Part shown: in pieces, positions 26,443 through 36,447 of the stretch
How positions within the stretch are numbered: position 1 is the stretch's first letter
Layout of the letters: every line of letters begins with the position of its first letter
Source: Candidatus Bathyarchaeota archaeon
Lineage (GTDB): Archaea > Thermoproteota > Bathyarchaeia > 40CM-2-53-6 > RBG-13-38-9
Direction: 5' to 3'
DNA length: 64,000 nucleotides
Assembly: GCA_963807605.1 (NCBI GenBank)
Contig: CAWECG010000001.1
Span: 32,001-96,000, forward strand
Made by a program: the position numbers and the translations under genes
The notes under the pieces: generated by a model
The model's database searches: none
Seen by the model: only the letters and a program-made list of their open reading frames with translations
What the model was told of the DNA's origin: nothing

Positions 26443-27033
26443 GTGTTAACCTACAGCATAGTCTTGGCTGGTGTCGGAGGACAAGGAGTCCTATTCCTGT
26501 CGAGGGTGCTGGGGCAAGCGGCACTAGATTCTGATCTAGAAGTCAAGGTTGCAGAGATACACGGAATGGCTCAAAGAGGCGGCTCTGTAACATCGACGGT
26601 GCGTTTTGGTAAAGAGGTCTTTTCCCCAACAGTCCCCCAGGGAGAGGCGGACCTGATCGTTGCACTCGAACCTATCGAGGCCCTGAGGAATATTGGATAC
26701 GCCAATTCCGAGACCCTCATAGTCCTAAGCACCAATATCATAGCACCTCCGGGCACCTATCTTTCAAAGGAAAAGTACCCCGACATAGCGAACATCGTAA
26801 ACAGTCTGAGAAGAGTCTCAAAGGACGTCTTGACAATCGATGCTTTGGAGTTGGCGGTAAAAGCTGGCAATCCGGCTACGCAGAACACTGTGATACTCGG
26901 ATTAGTCTCAGCCTCAGGGAAGCTACCCCTAGAAGCTGACGCCATAAAAAAGAGTATTCTGAGCTTGACTCAGAAGAAGTTCCAAGAGGTGAATCTGAAA
27001 GCCTTCGATCTCGGGCTGAACAACCTTGATTGA
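26443..27033 (+). CDS. iorB: Indolepyruvate:ferredoxin oxidoreductase beta subunit
   Basis: GVGGQG, EIHGMAQRGGSV, NLKAFDLG. Confidence 0.93.
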   Translation: MLTYSIVLAGVGGQGVLFLSRVLGQAALDSDLEVKVAEIHGMAQRGGSVTSTVRFGKEVFSPTVPQGEADLIVALEPIEALRNIGYANSETLIVLSTNIIAPPGTYLSKEKYPDIANIVNSLRRVSKDVLTIDALELAVKAGNPATQNTVILGLVSASGKLPLEADAIKKSILSLTQKKFQEVNLKAFDLGLNNLD

Positions 27034-27130
27034 TCATCCATAAGGCATAGCCTGCAGTCCAATGATAGACTAAAATAATAAGCGATTTGCTTATAGGTTC
27101 CTTGAAAGGCAGGTTTAGTCTGAATAACTG

Positions 27131-28534
27131 GTGAAAGAAATGAGTGAAAGCAAGATTACACGTCGTAAGTATTTGAAATACGCAGCAGCAGGTGTAGTGG
27201 CCGCTGCCGCAGCCGCCGTAGGAGTAGAATACTATTACTCCCAACCAGCAGCCAGAACCAGACCGATCAAGATAGGGATGCTCGCGCCGTTCTCACAACC
27301 TGAAGGCCCAGATATGGATCGGGCGTCCAAGATGGCCGTCGAAGAGATCAATTCAGCAGGCGGAGTCTACGTCAAGGATTGGGGTGTGTCAGCCCCAATA
27401 GAGATAGTGATAGCAGATAGTGAAAATGCATCCCCAGAGAAAGGAGTAACAGCGGTAACAAGAGCCATAATTGAGGACAAAGTTGACCTGATGATCGGAG
27501 GAATGTCGAGCGCTGAGACACTCGCAAGTCAGGTCCCAGCTATCGAGAATCGGGTCCCATTCATCATAACGGGCGCTTCAACCCACCTCGTCACCAGACG
27601 CGGGCCCCAAGGCAACTACGGCGGGCTTCCGGAAGGTAATCCGATGCGCATTGAGGACGCAGAAGGCATGAGTTACATGTTTCACTACTGCACGACCACC
27701 TACCATTACTCTAAGACAATAGTACATTTCTTCGGTGAATATCTTCAGCCGATAGTGGCTCCGAATCGCAACTTAAAACTCGCTGTGATATATCGTAATG
27801 ACCCCTATGGCGCAGGGGTTTGGCAAGCGAGCAAAGATTTCATTCAGAAAGACAATCTTCCGATCGATATTGTAGCCGAGAAGAACTATCCGATGGGAAC
27901 AACAGACTTCCACGCAGAACTGACAGCGATCAAAGCAGCAAATCCCGACGCGGTCTTCGCAGTCGACTTTACCGTCGGGACCTCTCAGATCTATATCCAA
28001 GGTCAGAGAGATGTTGGCCTCAACACGGTATACATGGCCGTCGAAGTCTGCGAAGGACCTGAATTCTACACCCTACTTGGAAAATGGGGAGATCATCAAT
28101 TATTGGAGTCAAAATTCGGACCGTACGCAGGCCCGCCTTTCTACCTGCCATTAATGAACACCTTCGTTCCAAACTTCAAGCAGAAATACAATGTTTCACC
28201 AGGCATGATGGGAGCAGACACCTATGATGCCTTTTTCATAGCAAAAGACGCTATCGAGAGGGCAGGCACATTAGATAAGGCAAAGGTTAGAGATGCGATC
28301 GAACAGACAAAGATGAAAGATATGCTCGTAGCAACCCAAACAGGTTACATCGAATTCAGTGAAGCACCTGACGCGTTCCACGAGATTGCACCCTTAACCT
28401 TCATAGAGCAGCTGTACTGGAAACAGGATCTTGGCGAGACTAGGCCCATGATAGTCTGGCCTGAGAAAGTTCCAGGCGTAGGAACGATCAAGCAGAAAGA
28501 CTTTGAACTGCCAGCAAACTACGCCTCGGTATAA
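27131..28534 (+). CDS. livK: ABC transporter substrate-binding protein (branched-chain family) with Tat signal
   Basis: ITRRKYLK twin-arginine; IKIGML, AVEEINSAGG, YDAFFI. Confidence 0.88.
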   Translation: MKEMSESKITRRKYLKYAAAGVVAAAAAAVGVEYYYSQPAARTRPIKIGMLAPFSQPEGPDMDRASKMAVEEINSAGGVYVKDWGVSAPIEIVIADSENASPEKGVTAVTRAIIEDKVDLMIGGMSSAETLASQVPAIENRVPFIITGASTHLVTRRGPQGNYGGLPEGNPMRIEDAEGMSYMFHYCTTTYHYSKTIVHFFGEYLQPIVAPNRNLKLAVIYRNDPYGAGVWQASKDFIQKDNLPIDIVAEKNYPMGTTDFHAELTAIKAANPDAVFAVDFTVGTSQIYIQGQRDVGLNTVYMAVEVCEGPEFYTLLGKWGDHQLLESKFGPYAGPPFYLPLMNTFVPNFKQKYNVSPGMMGADTYDAFFIAKDAIERAGTLDKAKVRDAIEQTKMKDMLVATQTGYIEFSEAPDAFHEIAPLTFIEQLYWKQDLGETRPMIVWPEKVPGVGTIKQKDFELPANYASV

Positions 28535-28600
28535 AAAAAGAAGGCACTGAACAGTTCGCAGCGCACATCGCGATATTTTACCGCGTAGGCACGACCTATA

Positions 28601-29473
28601 TTGATTGAAGTCGTCACCCTAGCCCTGACTCTCCTTTGGGGGGTCGCCATCGGCTGCATCTATATCCTACTGGCTGCAGGGCTCAACTTGATCTTCGGAG
28701 TTATGAAGGTAGTCAACTTCGCACACGGACAATTCCTCATGCTGGGCGCCTACATGTGCTATTGGACTTCGTTTCTACTGGGCATTAACCCATACGTAGC
28801 TGTGCTGTTATCAATGCTGATTGTTACTGCCGTCGGAATTGCTGTTGAGCGTTTGTGTTTCAGCAGAATACTTGGAACATCTAAGCTGAATGAGATCTTC
28901 ATAAGCCTCGGACTGATATACATCTTTGACTACTCAGCCGTCATGCTGTGGACTGACAAGCCGAAGAATATTGTGACCCCCTTCCAGTACTCTGTCCTAT
29001 CTTTTGGAATTGTCTCTATCAGCTATGACTGGTTGATATCTATAGCAGTCGTCGTCGCGATACTAGTCGCGCTCTTCCTTCTCCTGGAGAAGACCAAGTT
29101 AGGAAGGGCCATGCGGGCTACCAGTCAGGATAGAATTGCCGCCATGCTCGCGGGCATAAACGTAAACAGAATACATATGGCAAGTTTCGGAGTCGGTTCA
29201 GCTCTCGCTGCGGCTGCAGGCTCACTATATGGGATAATCTTCTCGATAGATCCCTACATGGGTTCACTCCCAGCTGTAAAGGCCTTTGCGATAATCATCC
29301 TTGGTGGGCTTGGTAGTATCAATGGAGCGATCGTGGGTGGACTCTTGTACGGCCTCGCCGAGAACACCGCGACCTTTTTCCTCGGCGGGATTTGGAGAGA
29401 TGCAGTTCCATTTGTTGTATTGATAGTTGTACTGATAATAAAACCCACAGGGCTCTTCGGAGAACGCGAGTGA
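28601..29473 (+). CDS. livH: Branched-chain ABC permease
   Basis: GLNLIFGVMKVVNFAHG; GGLGSING. Confidence 0.93.
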   Translation: MIEVVTLALTLLWGVAIGCIYILLAAGLNLIFGVMKVVNFAHGQFLMLGAYMCYWTSFLLGINPYVAVLLSMLIVTAVGIAVERLCFSRILGTSKLNEIFISLGLIYIFDYSAVMLWTDKPKNIVTPFQYSVLSFGIVSISYDWLISIAVVVAILVALFLLLEKTKLGRAMRATSQDRIAAMLAGINVNRIHMASFGVGSALAAAAGSLYGIIFSIDPYMGSLPAVKAFAIIILGGLGSINGAIVGGLLYGLAENTATFFLGGIWRDAVPFVVLIVVLIIKPTGLFGERE

Positions 29474-30405
29474 TGCAGAAGGGAAAGGGCATCTCCTCCT
29501 CCAAGATGATACTTGCATCGATCTTTCTCGGCTTTATCGCAGTATTGCCTGTATTCCAGAAGAATCAATATATTATCCATTTGATAATACTCTTCGGAAT
29601 CTACATAATCTACTCTTCCAGCTGGAACCTGTTGGCCTACTCAGGTCAGGCTTCCCTAGGGCACGCTGCTTTTCTGGGTATAAGTGGTTATGTCTCAACA
29701 TTGATGGTCATCGATCTCGGTATCAACCCTTGGATTGGTCTACTCGCAGGAGCATTGGTTGCATCGGTTATCGGCTTCCTCATAGGATTAACATGTGTGA
29801 GGTTAAGAGAATGGTTCCTGGCTATGGTGACATTTGGATTTGCGGTAATAGCGGGTACCGTTATTCTGGCTCTCGACTGGATCACACAGGGTTCTACTGG
29901 CTACGCTACCCCTAGCCTAGTTAATACTCGGATCGAGTACTATTACGTAGTGATGACGCTAGCAATAATGACGATTGCCACGATTTACCTCATCATCAAA
30001 TCTAGGATTGGGCTAGCTTTCAGTACTATTAGAGAGAATGAGCTTGAAGCGGAGAACATAGGGGTCAACACGACTAGGTATAAACTCTTGGCATTCACGT
30101 TAAGCGCCTTCTTCGCCGGTATCGCCGGAGGGGTATTGGCTTATTACATAGGCTACATCAGCGACCAAGTATTCAGTTTCGACCATTCCTTCATGCCTCT
30201 CATTATGGCCGTCACTGGTGGGTTGAATACCGTCGGAGGCCCAATAATAGGATCGATAATAATTCTTTCAATATGGGAAGCGCTGAATATTATCAATCCT
30301 ATTCAAAGGATGATCGCCATAGGGGTATTTCTCACCCTGATAGTGATTTTTGTCCCTCAAGGAGTCTTCTCAATTATCAAGAAGTATTTTGCATTTATCA
30401 AGTAA
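29392..30405 (+). CDS. livM: Branched-chain ABC permease (start probably 29470 or 29473)
   Basis: SGQASLGHAAFLG; RENELEAENIGVN. Confidence 0.92.
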   Translation: MERCSSICCIDSCTDNKTHRALRRTRVMQKGKGISSSKMILASIFLGFIAVLPVFQKNQYIIHLIILFGIYIIYSSSWNLLAYSGQASLGHAAFLGISGYVSTLMVIDLGINPWIGLLAGALVASVIGFLIGLTCVRLREWFLAMVTFGFAVIAGTVILALDWITQGSTGYATPSLVNTRIEYYYVVMTLAIMTIATIYLIIKSRIGLAFSTIRENELEAENIGVNTTRYKLLAFTLSAFFAGIAGGVLAYYIGYISDQVFSFDHSFMPLIMAVTGGLNTVGGPIIGSIIILSIWEALNIINPIQRMIAIGVFLTLIVIFVPQGVFSIIKKYFAFIK

Positions 30406-30438
30406 CGTCGAGTCACCGCGTACAGTGCACGGCTTCAC

Positions 30439-31143
30439 TTAGAAGCCGAGATACACTTCCCTGACGTAACTATCAGAGAGGAGTTCCTTCCCATCGCCGG
30501 ATCTCACAATTCTTCCATTCTCAAGTACGTAACACTTATCGGCCATCTCCAGAGACTCGCGTATATTTTGCTCTACCAGCAAGACCGTAACCCCGATCTC
30601 GTTTATTTGCGTCACGACGTCGAGCATCTTCTCAACCATGATCGGAGCTAGACCGAGTGAGGGTTCGTCTAGTATCAGCAGTTGTGGGCTGGACATGAGC
30701 CCTCTGGCGATGACCAGCATCTGTTGCTCACCGCCGCTCATAGTCTTGGCGCGATCACTCGCCTTATCTTTGAGAATGGGAAAGATCTGATAGAGGTTTT
30801 CCATGGTCTTTCTGATCTGTCTAGTGTCCCTTACTGGATAAGCGCCCATCAAGAGATTCTCATGTACGCTCATGTTGGGGAATACTCGTCGCCCCTCTGG
30901 TATGAGCGAGAGTCCTCTCTTCACAATGTCATAGGTTGGTAGCCTATCGATTCGTTCGCCTTTGAACGATACGGTCCCCAGAGTTGGCTTGTTTATGCCT
31001 AGTATCAGATTGACCAGTGTGGACTTGCCAGCACCGTTAGGCCCTATTATCGCGGTAATATCTTTCTCATTGGCTTCGAAGGAAATGTCCCATAGTACTT
31101 GGACCATGCCGTAGGAGAACGAGATATGTTCAGCCTTGAGCAA
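30439..31143 (-). CDS. livF: ABC ATP-binding protein
   Basis: GPNGAGKS, MSGGEQQML, LDEPSLGLAP. Confidence 0.94.
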   Translation of the reverse strand: MLKAEHISFSYGMVQVLWDISFEANEKDITAIIGPNGAGKSTLVNLILGINKPTLGTVSFKGERIDRLPTYDIVKRGLSLIPEGRRVFPNMSVHENLLMGAYPVRDTRQIRKTMENLYQIFPILKDKASDRAKTMSGGEQQMLVIARGLMSSPQLLILDEPSLGLAPIMVEKMLDVVTQINEIGVTVLLVEQNIRESLEMADKCYVLENGRIVRSGDGKELLSDSYVREVYLGF

Positions 31144-31146
31144 GCG

Positions 31147-31884
31147 TTATTCCCTTAGGAGATATTTCTTGCCCAAATATACTCTGATTACGGCTTCGTC
31201 GTCCATTATTTCTTTTGGAGTGCCCTCCGCTATCAACTCTCCATGGTGCAGGACTGAAACCGTGTCGCATAGCCCCATTATTATTTTCATGACATGTTCG
31301 ACCATAAGGATAGTAATGCCCTCTCCCTTCACTTTCTTGACAAGACTAATGGCCTTCTCACACTCTGCAGGGTTGAGCCCCGTCAGGAGTTCATCAAGCA
31401 GGAGAAGTTTAGGATTGGTGGCTAGCGCCCTTGCAAGCTGTATTCTTCTCAACTCTGTTATGTTGCAGTTCTTAACGGGTCTCTCGAATTTCTCTTCTGG
31501 TACGCCTACAAACTCTAATAGTTGACCCGCTCTTTCCAAAGGATCTTTATGCCCCCTGCTCCCGCCTCTGCCAAAGTGTACTCCCGCAAGAACATTTTCC
31601 AATGCAGTAAGATCTGGAAATGATTGAACAAGTTGGGACGTTTTGACTATTCCTTTGGAGCTTATCTTGTGTGTAGGTAGGTTAGAGATATCCTTGCCTT
31701 CAAACAATATCTGACCGCTGTCGATTCCGTGGATTCCGTTGATGCATGATAGCAGGGTAGTCTTTCCAGAACCATTTGGGCCGACTAGGCCTGTGATTTC
31801 TCCTTCTCTTGCAGTAATACTTACTTTCTTTAATGCTTGTACTCCGCCGAAGCTTTTCGAAACTTGAACGCATTCGAGCAGCAT
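31147..31884 (-). CDS. livG: ABC ATP-binding protein
   Basis: FGGVQAL, GPNGSGKT, LLLDE, VEHVM. Confidence 0.94.
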   Translation of the reverse strand: MLLECVQVSKSFGGVQALKKVSITAREGEITGLVGPNGSGKTTLLSCINGIHGIDSGQILFEGKDISNLPTHKISSKGIVKTSQLVQSFPDLTALENVLAGVHFGRGGSRGHKDPLERAGQLLEFVGVPEEKFERPVKNCNITELRRIQLARALATNPKLLLLDELLTGLNPAECEKAISLVKKVKGEGITILMVEHVMKIIMGLCDTVSVLHHGELIAEGTPKEIMDDEAVIRVYLGKKYLLRE

Positions 31885-31975
31885 GCGTGTTCTCCGTGAC
31901 TGACAACCAATGCTACAGAACTTATCTATTTTTCAGTCGGCAAATCGAAGGTTGATTCAGAGGAGCGCACCGTAC

Positions 31976-33286
31976 CTAGAGTTTTCTGTTGTCAACTACT
32001 CTTTTCGCTTTGCCTTCAGACCGGGGTATGCTCCCTGGCTCCACCAATTCGACGTCGACTGACAAGTTCAAGGCATTTCTTAAGGCTCTGTCAACTCTAT
32101 GCCTGATTGGTGTGAGATCTGATCTTGCAACTCTGTAGGTCTCTTCCGCCACTTCTACCTTTACAGTCATCCTATCGAGTTCATGTTCTCTATCGATGAT
32201 TAGTTGGTAATTGTCCCCAAGCTCAGGAATTTGCATTAGGACAGATTCAACTTGACTTGGAAAGACGTTTATTCCTCTTATCTTGACCATGTCGTCTACT
32301 CTGCCACGGATCCTCATTATTCTGGGATGGGTTCTGCCACACTTGCACTCTTTAAAGTTCAGGACACTTATGTCTCCAGTCTTGTACCTCACTAGCGGCA
32401 GCGCTTCCTTAGTCAAGGTTGTTACTACGAGCTCGCCCCTTTCGCCCTCGTCCAGGATCTCCCCGGTATCGGGGTTTATCACTTCTAAGAGGTACTGGTC
32501 CGCCCATACATGGATGCCATTCTGATACTTGCACTCCGTAAACAATGGCCCGCTTAGTTCTGAGGATCCGTAGATGTCATACGCCTTTATGCCGGTGGAA
32601 TCTTCAATCCGATGTCTCATATCTTCAGACCAGGGTTCAGCTCCGAACAGGCCGGCCTTCAGCCTCGTATCCTTTTTGAAGTCGACGTCCATGCTCCTTG
32701 CAACTTCGGCGAGATGAAGGAAATATGATGGCGTACACGCAATTATGGTGGAGCCCAGATCCCGCATGAGCTCCAGCTGCCTTTCAGTTCCCCCAGCACT
32801 GGTCGGAAGCGTTGTCGCCCCGATCATCTCAGCCGCGTAATGGATGCCCAGCCCACCGGTGAATAGCCCGTAGCCATAACTGTTCTGGATTAAGTCGGTC
32901 TTGCTAATTTCAAGCGATGTCAACCCACGAGCCAAGGACGTTGACCATTCATGAATGTCATTCTTCGTATACCCTACAATGGTGCGCTTTCCAGTTGTAC
33001 CTGATGAAGCGTGATAGCGCACTAATTGGTCGGGTGAAACGCAAAACATCCCTGTGGGATAAGTATCCCTGAAATCCTTCTTCACAGTAAAGGGTAGTTT
33101 TTGAAGATCCTCTAGATTCCTTATTTCAAGTGGATCGGTTTTGGCGTCTCTCAATCTTCTATTGTAGAAGCTCGAATGATCTTTGAGGTAAAGCAGTAAT
33201 TGGCGGAGTTTCTTCTCTTGAAGCCCCCTCAAGTCCTGCAACGGCATCGTCTCTATGCGGGAGTCCCAGTATTGCAAGTCACTCAC
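31976..33286 (-). CDS. paaK: Phenylacetate-CoA ligase family protein
   Basis: HASSGTTG, YGLFTGGLG, GKAKRVVDNR. Confidence 0.94.
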   Translation of the reverse strand: MSDLQYWDSRIETMPLQDLRGLQEKKLRQLLLYLKDHSSFYNRRLRDAKTDPLEIRNLEDLQKLPFTVKKDFRDTYPTGMFCVSPDQLVRYHASSGTTGKRTIVGYTKNDIHEWSTSLARGLTSLEISKTDLIQNSYGYGLFTGGLGIHYAAEMIGATTLPTSAGGTERQLELMRDLGSTIIACTPSYFLHLAEVARSMDVDFKKDTRLKAGLFGAEPWSEDMRHRIEDSTGIKAYDIYGSSELSGPLFTECKYQNGIHVWADQYLLEVINPDTGEILDEGERGELVVTTLTKEALPLVRYKTGDISVLNFKECKCGRTHPRIMRIRGRVDDMVKIRGINVFPSQVESVLMQIPELGDNYQLIIDREHELDRMTVKVEVAEETYRVARSDLTPIRHRVDRALRNALNLSVDVELVEPGSIPRSEGKAKRVVDNRKL

Positions 33287-33445
33287 CTTGAAAGAACACC
33301 GATCCTAGATTGCGAGCTAAAAAAATAACATCAGATACTTAAAAGACTTCATTCAGCAGGTCAAGATGCATATCTATAGTATCGCCTTTTTCTTGGTGGA
33401 GAGGAACTATATATCGCAACTAAGGAACTTTAGGTTGATGGATCT

Positions 33446-33880
33446 ATGCCGTTACTACAATTGAGTGTCTTTGCCGAGAACAAACCTGGAGCCATGGCCA
33501 AATTAGCTTCTGTTCTGGACAGAACAAAAGTCAAGATCTTCGCCCTTTCTATAGCGGAAGCAGGAGAGGTAGGGTTGGTTAGGATGGTGGTTAACGATGT
33601 CGAGACTGCTGTCCGGGAGCTGGAGTCTGCTGGATTCTCTTTAGCCAAATCTAGCAAGAATGTGGAGGTTATAGCAGTCCTAGTGACTGAGAAGCACACC
33701 CTATCAGAGATCACAAAGCTTCTGAGTTACAATGAGGTAAATATCGACTACGCCTACTCTTCGTCGATTCATTTGGATGGCAAATCCGCTCTGATATTGC
33801 GAGTGAGCGATCCCGATAAGTCGGAGAAGATACTTCAACAGAACGGTGTCAGAATCCTCGGCGTAAAGGACTTACAATAA
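33446..33880 (+). CDS. Double ACT-domain amino-acid-binding protein (paaK-associated)
   Basis: QLSVFAENKPG...VNIDYAYS. Confidence 0.9.
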   Translation: MPLLQLSVFAENKPGAMAKLASVLDRTKVKIFALSIAEAGEVGLVRMVVNDVETAVRELESAGFSLAKSSKNVEVIAVLVTEKHTLSEITKLLSYNEVNIDYAYSSSIHLDGKSALILRVSDPDKSEKILQQNGVRILGVKDLQ

Positions 33881-33993
33881 TACACTTGTCAGCAGTTCGA
33901 TCTTATTTTCATCGTCAATGACCATTTTTAACTGGGTCCTTGTGTGGAAATATAGAAAGTAGTTTCTTCAGCGCTACTTCAATTTAGAATAGT

Positions 33994-35352
33994 CTATGTG
34001 CTTAAGTTCCTTGAGTCAATGACTCTAATTGCCTTTCCTTCAACCCTTGGTATGGCCGCGGGATGTAAGAGCGTGACTTGGGCTTTCAAGCCGATCATGC
34101 TTTCTATTCCGGATCGTAGTCTTTCTCTTATGTTCTTTAATGCGGCATCGCCTTTGTCCCATACATATTTTTCCGCTTCTACATTGACTGTGATCTCATC
34201 AAGGAAGGCTTTGTTCGATAGAAGAATTTGATAGTTATTTCCAACCCCTTCCAATCCCATTATCGCAGACTCAATTTGACTAGGAAAGACATTGACCCCC
34301 CTAATTTTCAACATGTCATCGCATCTTCCTCTAATCCACCCAATTCTTTGATGTGCTCTGCCGCAATCACACTTCCCACCCAGGAGTCTCGTAAGATCTC
34401 TAGTTCTATACCTCAACAAGGGCATTGCCTCCTTGGTCAGCGTTGTCAAAACGAGTTCTCCATCTTCCTCAATCCCTGCCTGCTCGCCTGTTATTGGATC
34501 TACTATCTCTGCCAAGAAATAGTCGTTCCATAGATGCATGCCCACTTGTTTAAAACACTCGAAGGCTACTCCAGGGCCGCACATCTCTGACAAGCCATAT
34601 GAATTGAAAACACGACACCCAAACTCCTTCTGGATCCGTTTTCTCGTGTTCTCGCTCCAAACCTCTGCACCGCAACTGATCGACCGGATCTTAAGATCTT
34701 TGGCTGGGTCTACGCCCGCATTTTTCGCCGCTTCAGCAAGATGGAGAGCATATGATGGAATGCTAGTAAAAGCGGGCACTTTCAAATCGTGCATTAGTTT
34801 GATTTGCCTTTGAGTATTGCCTGTAGATGACGGAACCACAGTTGCACCAATTTTTTCAGCTCCGTAGTGGAAGCCTAAGCCGCCAGTGAACAGGCCGTAA
34901 CCTAAAATGACCTGAAAGATATCGCGCTTAGAGACACCGGTCATGGTCAGGCACCTAGCTGCACATTCTGACCATACCTCAAGATCGTTCCGCGTATATG
35001 CTACAACCGTCGGATCTCCAGTTGTTCCCGATGAAACATGCAGCCTAACGACGTCTGCCAATGGTGATGCCAAGAGCCCTAAGGGATAGTTGTCTCTAAA
35101 ATCGCTCTTCGAGGTGAAGGGTATCTTTCTGAGGTCATCAATTGTTCTTATTGAGTCCGGTCTCAGTCCCTTTTCGGTGAATTTTCGTCGGTAGAACGGG
35201 CTGTTTTCATAGGCATACTTGACTGTGGATCTTAATCGTTTGGTTTGCAGTTTCTTCAACTGGTTAAGCGTTAACTTTTCAACTGAAGGACGCCAGAACC
35301 GGTTCTTGAGCATACCAATCCTCGACCAATTTGCAGGTTTGTAACAGAACAA
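33994..35352 (-). CDS. paaK: Second phenylacetate-CoA ligase family protein (likely start ATG 35313)
   Basis: HVSSGTTG, YGLFTGGLG, GKAIRVIDSR. Confidence 0.93.
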   Translation of the reverse strand: MFCYKPANWSRIGMLKNRFWRPSVEKLTLNQLKKLQTKRLRSTVKYAYENSPFYRRKFTEKGLRPDSIRTIDDLRKIPFTSKSDFRDNYPLGLLASPLADVVRLHVSSGTTGDPTVVAYTRNDLEVWSECAARCLTMTGVSKRDIFQVILGYGLFTGGLGFHYGAEKIGATVVPSSTGNTQRQIKLMHDLKVPAFTSIPSYALHLAEAAKNAGVDPAKDLKIRSISCGAEVWSENTRKRIQKEFGCRVFNSYGLSEMCGPGVAFECFKQVGMHLWNDYFLAEIVDPITGEQAGIEEDGELVLTTLTKEAMPLLRYRTRDLTRLLGGKCDCGRAHQRIGWIRGRCDDMLKIRGVNVFPSQIESAIMGLEGVGNNYQILLSNKAFLDEITVNVEAEKYVWDKGDAALKNIRERLRSGIESMIGLKAQVTLLHPAAIPRVEGKAIRVIDSRNLST

Positions 35353-35492
35353 ACAGGCTCTAAAGCTTAAGGCCCTATGTCCATGCCACCGACACCAATC
35401 ATTCCTTGGATCTGCGAAAGGATGAAGTCGTAAGATAATTGGCTTTGAAATGCTTTGTGAATCAGATGGACTAGCCCAGGGCTTGCTGAAAG

Positions 35493-36281
35493 TTATTTCT
35501 TTTCGTGTAGTTTCTTCTCAAGCTGTGCTATGCGCTCTTCAAGAAGTAGAATTCTCTCCATAAATGGATCTGGGAGTTCACCATGCGCCAAGTCTATCTT
35601 CGGTAGTCTCTTGCCTTTTCTGGCGATTACTATCCCTGGAACACCGACGACTGTGCTGTCAGGGGGGACGTCCTTCGTAACAACGGAGTTCGCGCCTATC
35701 TTTACTCTATCTCCAACATTAATTGGACCCAGAATCTTTGCGCCCGCACCAATCACGACATCGCTGCCAACTGTTGGGTGACGTTTTTCCCCACGACCAC
35801 CGCCGGTTCCGCCCAGAGTAGCTCCCTGATACATCGTTACGTTGTCTCCTACCTTTGAGGTCTCCCCTATGACTACGCCTGTACCATGATCGATGAAGAA
35901 TTCTCTCCCAATCTCCGCACCCGGATGGATATCGATCCCTGTCATCTGGCGACTCACAAGGTTGAGGTAGCGCGGAACATATGGGAGTTTAAGATCCCAA
36001 AAGAAGTGGGCTATTCGGTGAAGTAACAGCGCTTGGATTCCAGGATAGTAGAGAACCTCCATGAGTGAGCCTGCTGCCGGGTCTTTCTTGAATGCTGCTT
36101 CGATATCGGACCCCAGGTACTCTACTATCTTTTCAAGCTCGTTCTTGAGCCATTTAGGGTCTATTGTTCGGTCTAGAACCCGGAGACCTCCAAGGCAGCG
36201 CACGCAGATAGCTCCGTTCTCTGTGAACTCTCCACACTTGAGGCAAATCAGTTGTTCAGACCTTTTTTCTCGCGAAGACAT
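35493..36281 (-). CDS. cysE: Serine O-acetyltransferase with an N-terminal CxxC...CxxC extension
   Basis: DPAA, TGIDIHPGA, KRHPT, hexapeptide repeats. Confidence 0.94.
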   Translation of the reverse strand: MSSREKRSEQLICLKCGEFTENGAICVRCLGGLRVLDRTIDPKWLKNELEKIVEYLGSDIEAAFKKDPAAGSLMEVLYYPGIQALLLHRIAHFFWDLKLPYVPRYLNLVSRQMTGIDIHPGAEIGREFFIDHGTGVVIGETSKVGDNVTMYQGATLGGTGGGRGEKRHPTVGSDVVIGAGAKILGPINVGDRVKIGANSVVTKDVPPDSTVVGVPGIVIARKGKRLPKIDLAHGELPDPFMERILLLEERIAQLEKKLHEKK

Positions 36282-36447
36282 ATTTTCATTTCAACCTTGG
36301 TTGAATTCATTCGACTTTGGAAGATCGTAATGCTCGGACTGTTGGATGTCAATACAAGGTTTCTTAATCTTAATCGGTGGCGTTTGCTATAACGCCGTTA
36401 TGCGAACATACTTTGGGATTCGTCTACTTAAATCATTCGTGAGTCCC

